Assembly: GCA_964014485.1 (NCBI GenBank)
Contig: CAXHAT010000025.1
Coordinates: 1 to 53,163, forward strand
Direction of reading: 5' to 3'
Length of the DNA stretch: 53,163 bases
From: an uncultured Deferribacteres bacterium
Lineage (GTDB): Bacteria; Zhuqueibacterota; Zhuqueibacteria; Zhuqueibacterales; Geothermadaptataceae
Position numbers and translations under genes: made by a program. Under the pieces are notes generated by a model that saw only the letters and a list, made by a program, of their open reading frames with translations, did not search any database and was not told the DNA's origin. Below, piece after piece: positions 48,114 to 53,163 of this stretch (the first letter of the stretch is position 1; each line of letters begins with the position of its first letter).

Positions 48114-49364
48114 TTAAGAATTCGAATTCGCTGGCTCAATTTTGCCATCGACTTCGCCAAAACCTATGCGATAACCTTCGCCTTGCGCCCAGCCTGTCAT
48201 GATCACTGAATCACCGTCTTGCAGGAACTTTCTGCTTTCGCCGTTGGGCAGTTGAATCGGCTTTTCTCCTCGCCAGGAAAGTTCCAGCATCGAGCCGAAA
48301 GAGTCCGGCGACTCTCCGCTGATCGTCCCGGAAGCCATCAAATCGCCCGGTCGCACGTTGCAGCCGGTGACGGTGTGATGCGCAAGTTGCTGCGCCATGT
48401 TCCAATACATGTACTTGAAATTCGAACGGCAAATTGTGCTCGGATCGCCGCCGCCGGGCGTTTTTAAAGCGACTTCCAGACGAACGTCGTACGTCCAATT
48501 GCCTGCAGATTGAAGATAGGGGAGAGGCTTGGGATTTTTTTGTTCAGGGCCAGGGATGCGGAACGATTCCAATGCGTCGAGCGTCACAACCCAGGGCGAA
48601 ATGGAAGTGGCGAAGTTTTTGGCGAGAAAAGGGCCGAGCGGCACGTATTCCCATGTCTGAATATCGCGCGCGCTCCAGTCGTTCACCAACACAAGGCCGA
48701 AAATGTGCTCCGGCGCTTGTGCGGTAGAAATTGGCGCGCCGAGCGGATTTCCGGGGCCGGTGAAAAATCCCATTTCCAATTCAAAATCCAGCAATTTACA
48801 AGGCCCAAAAGTCGGCGCCTGCGCGTCTTTAGCCTTGGTTTGACCGCAAGGGCGCTTGACCGGAGTGCCGCTCAAAACCACCGAGCTCGCGCGCCCGTGG
48901 TAGCCGACCGGTACGTGCAGCCAGTTCGGCAAAAGCGCATTGTCTGGATCGCGGAACATCATGCCGACGTTTGTTGCGTGCTGGCGGGACGAATAAAAAT
49001 CCGTGTAATCGCCAATTTGTGCGGGCAGGTGCATCGTCACGTCCGATTGACGAAAAAGCGCCTGACTACGCAAATCGCCGTCATCACGCAAAGTCGCTGT
49101 TTCGGCGTTAAGCAGATGTTGGAGACGCTCGCGCACTTTCCGCCATTCGGCGCGCCCGGCGGCCATGAAAGCGTTTAAGGTCGATTGTGAAAAATAAGTC
49201 GTGTCCAGTAATTTCGCCGCTTCAAGCGCAGCCAAATCAAGCACATAATCGCCAATGGCGACGCCGATGCGCCTGGTTGAATTTTCGCTGGTGGAAAACA
49301 CGCCGTACGGCAAGTTCTGGATCGGAAAGTGGGAATTTTCGGGGTATTCGATAAATGATTTCAT
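48114..49364 (-). CDS. fahA: Fumarylacetoacetase
   Basis: [34 protein letters not shown] and [11 protein letters not shown]. Confidence 0.96.
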   Translation of the reverse strand: MKSFIEYPENSHFPIQNLPYGVFSTSENSTRRIGVAIGDYVLDLAALEAAKLLDTTYFSQSTLNAFMAAGRAEWRKVRERLQHLLNAETATLRDDGDLRSQALFRQSDVTMHLPAQIGDYTDFYSSRQHATNVGMMFRDPDNALLPNWLHVPVGYHGRASSVVLSGTPVKRPCGQTKAKDAQAPTFGPCKLLDFELEMGFFTGPGNPLGAPISTAQAPEHIFGLVLVNDWSARDIQTWEYVPLGPFLAKNFATSISPWVVTLDALESFRIPGPEQKNPKPLPYLQSAGNWTYDVRLEVALKTPGGGDPSTICRSNFKYMYWNMAQQLAHHTVTGCNVRPGDLMASGTISGESPDSFGSMLELSWRGEKPIQLPNGESRKFLQDGDSVIMTGWAQGEGYRIGFGEVDGKIEPANSNS

Positions 49365-49391
49365 GAGGTTATAGCATTAAATCCAAAATTG

Positions 49392-49419
49392 GTGGAGACG
49401 CGATGAATCACGGCTCTAC
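49392..49419. repeat. Degenerate GTAG-type REP
   Basis: GTGGAGACGCGATGAATCACGGCTCTAC resembles 5862-5889. Confidence 0.65.
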
Positions 49420-49463
49420 CGGAATTTGTGTGTTTGTGGAAATTGAAAATTTTGACAATCGAT

Positions 49464-50405
49464 TTAGGCAGACAACCATCTGAGCTCTCGCAAATCATCG
49501 CGCGGCTCATCAAAACTGCAACTGCCGTAAGACAAAAGTGCGTTTTTGCGAATTCTTGCGATTTCTTCGGTTTTGACGTGCAGTTCTCGCCAGGAAAAAT
49601 TGTCGTCGTCAAAACTGAACGCCGCCGCATCTTCATCAGCCAAAATTTCAACCAGATTCTTTTCATCGAGACTATGAACATGCGCCAGAATTCCGCCGCC
49701 AAAGACGTTGACAAAACCGTGCATTTTTGTGTGAACACTTGAATCGAAATGTCGAATCGGATGATGCAAGCCAGCGGTGAACTTCATCGGCAGCCCTGCG
49801 TCGCGACAAGACAAAATACTGCGCGCCACTTGCGCCGGGCTGGGAAACTGATGCGCTTCGACGCCCCCGCAACGTAGTTTAAAGCCGACCTCGAGCTGCT
49901 CCGGACTTTCCTGATTAAAATTCTGTAGAGCTTCGACCGCGGAGTCGAGGCGGTCGTCCCAACTGCCGTCAAAAGGCAATTCATAAAACGTGCGCAGTGG
50001 AAGTTTTGCCTTTTGCAAAACCTCAGCGTTGCTCCAAAACGCCTCGCGAAAATCGTCGCTTGCCGGAAAGCGCGTTTCGATAATATCAACGAAAATTCGA
50101 TGGCGCCACTCTTCGCGGAAACCAAGAAAAACGAGTAAATCTTCGGCGAGATTTTGCGTTATCAGCGAAAGGCGCAGCTTAAACGCATCCTTATCGGAAA
50201 AAGCCGCCATCGTTTGTGCGTCAATTTCATGCAGTTTGGGAATGGGGACGATGAAGCGGGAAAGCATCCAGCTTTCCGCCGATTTTTGGAATTGCGCGAA
50301 ATGATCTAGGGCCGGACGCAGCATGAGGCTGGCTGGCGGAAAAAGCCCGGCGTAGTCAATCAAACCTTTTCCGAATGCTTTGAAGCTCTCGGCGATTTTA
50401 TTCAT
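49464..50405 (-). CDS. Conserved hypothetical enzyme-like protein at the head of the fahA-hmgA operon
   Basis: LIDYAGLFPPA, FKLRCGG, KFTAGLHHP, MHGFVN and SYGSCSFDEP; GGAG RBS. Confidence 0.85.
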   Translation of the reverse strand: MNKIAESFKAFGKGLIDYAGLFPPASLMLRPALDHFAQFQKSAESWMLSRFIVPIPKLHEIDAQTMAAFSDKDAFKLRLSLITQNLAEDLLVFLGFREEWRHRIFVDIIETRFPASDDFREAFWSNAEVLQKAKLPLRTFYELPFDGSWDDRLDSAVEALQNFNQESPEQLEVGFKLRCGGVEAHQFPSPAQVARSILSCRDAGLPMKFTAGLHHPIRHFDSSVHTKMHGFVNVFGGGILAHVHSLDEKNLVEILADEDAAAFSFDDDNFSWRELHVKTEEIARIRKNALLSYGSCSFDEPRDDLRELRWLSA

Positions 50406-50544
50406 TCTTGTTCTCCAGATTTATCCTGAGTTGCAGCGGCGTCCAAGCCTTCTCATGCCGATGTGAACTGAATATATGTTCAAAACTTCGTCAAAAGAAA
50501 GCTGATCGTCCCATTTGCAATTTTCATTCTGGTTAGACGAAAGG

Positions 50545-50571
50545 CAACCAATTTTTTTCTGTGTTGTCTGA
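50545..50571 (+). promoter_or_regulatory. Candidate ECF promoter CAACCA-N16-TCTGA
   Basis: AAC/GTCTGA pattern upstream of the permease gene. Confidence 0.35.
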
Positions 50572-50593
50572 GCAAACAACCCGCCGCGTAGGA

Positions 50594-50621
50594 GTAGGGG
50601 CGCATCGCAATGCACCCTTGC
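50594..50621. repeat. Degenerate GTAGGGGCG REP
   Basis: GTAGGGGCGCATCGCAATGCACCCTTGC imperfect hairpin. Confidence 0.5.
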
Positions 50622-50647
50622 CGATGTTCATAAAACGGGAGAGAACC

Positions 50648-53023
50648 ATGTTCAGAAATTATATGAAAATCGCTTTTCGCAATCTTGTCAATCCGAAAAA
50701 AACCGGGTACGCATTGCTCAATGTTGCGGGCCTCGCGGTCGGCATGGCAAGTGTTATTTTGATTTGGCTTTTTGTGCAGGACGAACTCAGCTATGATCGT
50801 TTTCACGAAAACTCAGACCGAATTTATCGCATCGCCGTTGGCAGTGACGGGCAAGACCCTTCGTGGATCGGCACGCCCGCGCCGTTGGCGCCAGCCTTAA
50901 AACAACGCTTGCCCGAAATTGAAAGCTATGCTCGAATCGACCCTTTTGGTCTGCGCAGCAAAGCTTTGATGACGCACGGCGGAAAGAGTTTCTACGAAAA
51001 TCGTTTTGTACTTGCCGACCCCGCGCTGTTCTCAGTTTTCTCATTTGAATTGCTGCAAGGAAATCCCGAAACGGCGCTCGCCGATCGCAGCAGCATGGTC
51101 ATTTCCGAATCGATGGCGCAAAAGTATTTTGGCGAAGAAAATCCGCTTGGGAAAACGCTGAATTACGACGGCAAACTCGACTTTACCGTCAGCGGCGTTA
51201 TGCGCGACGTACCCGAGAATTCCCACGTCACTTTCGATTTTGTCGCATCATTCGAATACCTGAACGAAATTCACGGACGCGAGATCGACCAGCAATGGGG
51301 CATGTTCAATTACTACACTTACATTCTGCTCAAGGATGAGGCGAATTTGGCTGATGTTGAACGACGCAGCGGCGCCATTGTCGACGAGCTGCGTGATCGC
51401 ACTGAGCATGCGGTCTATCTGCAGCCCATCACCGAAATCTATCTCAATTCGAAAATTCTGCGCGACCCAACCCATCGCAGCGATATTGCGAACGTATATC
51501 TTTACAGTGCGATTGCCGTTATCATTTTGCTCATCGCCTGCATCAATTTCATGAATTTGTATACGGCAAATTCCGAAGTGCGAGCTCGCGAAGTGGGGAT
51601 GCGAAAAGTCGTCGGCGCGCGGAAGGCGCAGCTCGTGGCGCAATTTCTTGGCGAAGCATTTGTGCTGACGGCGATTGCGCTGCCGTTAGCGTTGCTGCTT
51701 GTTGAGCTTATTTTACCGCAATTCAATTTGATCGTCGAAAAATCGTTGGCTATCGATTACGGCCAAAGCCTGCCGCTCTTCGGCGGGATGCTCGTGTTGA
51801 TTCTGTTCGTCGGCGCCGTCGCCGGCAGCTATCCGGCGTTTTTCATCGCTTCGTTCCAGCCAATCAAAATCCTAAAAGGCAAGCTGGGCGCGGACGGCAA
51901 AAATTCTCGTCTGCGCAATATTCTGGTGGTCGTGCAATTTGCAGTGTCCATCGTTTTTATCGCCGGGACTTTCATTATTTCGGATCAGATGCAATTTATC
52001 CGCGACAAGAAGCTTGGCTATGACAAGGAAAATATCGTCAACGTACCGATTCACAGCAGCGGCTCGAAGGACAACTACCAGGTTTTTCGCACCCAAATTC
52101 TGAGTCATGCCAAAATCGTCGATGCGACGGCGACCTCGTTCACGCCGAGTATTGAACGCTGGCGCGAAGGACTCGATTTTGAAGGGCGAACCGAAGCGGA
52201 CGACCATAGTTTTTATCGTATCGCCGGCGACTATAATTTTGTCGAGCTTTTTGGACTCGAAGTGATCGCCGGGCGCGGATTTGAGAGAAATGTTACCGCC
52301 GATCTTTTCAACGGCTACGTGCTCAACGAAACCGCCGTGCGTGAAATCGGATGGACTCCGGAAGAAGCGATCGGCAAGAGATTTGGCAACAGGGAAGGCA
52401 GAGTGATTGGCGTGGTGAAGGATTTTAATTTCCGCTCGCTGCGCCAGGAAACGCGGCCTTTGGCGATCAACGTTTTCCCGCGCATGTTTCAGTACATTTC
52501 CGTGAAAATTCAACCGGGCGACTTGACGAAAACCGTTGATTTTCTGCGCGACGAGTGGAACAAAACCAACCCCGGTCTGCCGTTTGAATACTATTTTTAT
52601 GACGAAGAATTTGACAAGCTCTACAAAGCCGACGAAAAACTGGCAACCGTCTTTGGCGGCTTTTCCGGCCTCGCGGTTTTCATCGCCTGTCTCGGCTTGT
52701 TTGGCTTGTCCCTGTTCATGGTGCAGCGCAAAATGAAGGAAATCGGCGTGCGCAAAGTGCTCGGCGCCACCGTGCCGGAAATCATCAACCTGCTCCTGCG
52801 CAACCTGGTCAAACTCGTTGTTTTTGCTTCCATCTTTGCCTGGCCGGTTGCGTGGTTTGTGATGAATTCCTGGCTGCGCGATTTCGCCTATCGCGTAGAC
52901 GTGAGTTGGCTTTCGTTGCTGCTGGCGGCAGTTTTAACGCTTACGATTGCGGTTTTAACGGTGGGTTACCAGACCATCCGCGCCGCCCTGCTCAACCCGG
53001 CGAAAGTCTTGAAGTATGAATAA
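50648..53023 (+). CDS. Duplicated MacB/FtsX-type ABC permease (orphan)
   Basis: MFRNYMKIAFRNL, IACINFMNL, REVGMRKVVGA, KEIGVRKVLGA and NPAKVLKYE. Confidence 0.93.
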   Translation: MFRNYMKIAFRNLVNPKKTGYALLNVAGLAVGMASVILIWLFVQDELSYDRFHENSDRIYRIAVGSDGQDPSWIGTPAPLAPALKQRLPEIESYARIDPFGLRSKALMTHGGKSFYENRFVLADPALFSVFSFELLQGNPETALADRSSMVISESMAQKYFGEENPLGKTLNYDGKLDFTVSGVMRDVPENSHVTFDFVASFEYLNEIHGREIDQQWGMFNYYTYILLKDEANLADVERRSGAIVDELRDRTEHAVYLQPITEIYLNSKILRDPTHRSDIANVYLYSAIAVIILLIACINFMNLYTANSEVRAREVGMRKVVGARKAQLVAQFLGEAFVLTAIALPLALLLVELILPQFNLIVEKSLAIDYGQSLPLFGGMLVLILFVGAVAGSYPAFFIASFQPIKILKGKLGADGKNSRLRNILVVVQFAVSIVFIAGTFIISDQMQFIRDKKLGYDKENIVNVPIHSSGSKDNYQVFRTQILSHAKIVDATATSFTPSIERWREGLDFEGRTEADDHSFYRIAGDYNFVELFGLEVIAGRGFERNVTADLFNGYVLNETAVREIGWTPEEAIGKRFGNREGRVIGVVKDFNFRSLRQETRPLAINVFPRMFQYISVKIQPGDLTKTVDFLRDEWNKTNPGLPFEYYFYDEEFDKLYKADEKLATVFGGFSGLAVFIACLGLFGLSLFMVQRKMKEIGVRKVLGATVPEIINLLLRNLVKLVVFASIFAWPVAWFVMNSWLRDFAYRVDVSWLSLLLAAVLTLTIAVLTVGYQTIRAALLNPAKVLKYE

Positions 53024-53082
53024 AACGTGAGATTGCATTTGACGGAAGCCGTCTGGATGAATAGATTTGAGCGTTGTGATTA

Positions 53083-53163
53083 ACTGATGTTACGCGCCAG
53101 CTATGAAGCCAAAGAAACTCCTGTCAAAGTCATTCCCGCGCAGGCGGGAATCCAGGGGCTGCG
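53083..53163. mobile_element. Left part of ACTGATGTTACGC-ended MITE (truncated by window end)
   Basis: ACTGATGTTACGCG..GTCATTCCCGCGCAGGCGGGAATCCAGGGGCT. Confidence 0.8.

Noticed and set aside
1..53163. Circular element or terminal direct repeat (CGGGAATCCAGGGGCTG at both ends)
   Set aside because: The match is short, diverges right afterwards and belongs to a dispersed repeat. No replication, phage or integrase genes are present. A contig break at repeats is more likely.

Overview
A 53 kb chromosomal segment from a diderm bacterium of roughly balanced GC. The gene style suggests an FCB-related lineage such as KSB1 or Calditrichota; this is inference only. No rRNA, tRNA, CRISPR array or prophage was seen. 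About 38 genes are supported. Envelope and transport: a tandem-MFP/MacB-type permease/TolC operon with no ATPase, an orphan duplicated MacB-type permease, secreted MsrAB and a TMEM175-type channel. Hydrolases: a PD40-CehA/McbA protein, a ceramidase-like protein and an amidohydrolase. Metabolism: hmgA, fahA and a conserved hypothetical gene in their operon. Sulfur-carrier module: a JAB peptidase and a Ubl-E1-rhodanese fusion, split by nested insertions. Signalling: an ECF sigma with a Ser/Thr kinase, and an ECF with an anti-sigma and three exported HEAT-repeat proteins. Also present are a discoidin-like/TIGR03663-type GT-C/ApbE cluster and an M1-aminopeptidase-like protein that has lost all zinc ligands and is fused to an Omp85-like barrel. 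Intergenic DNA is rich in small mobile palindromes: a MITE family with ACTGATGTTACGC ends, other MITEs, GTAG/TTAG REP-like hairpins, a MITE and an IS4 element each inserted into a hairpin loop, and one palindrome read in frame inside a signal peptide. Both window ends fall inside the same repeat family.
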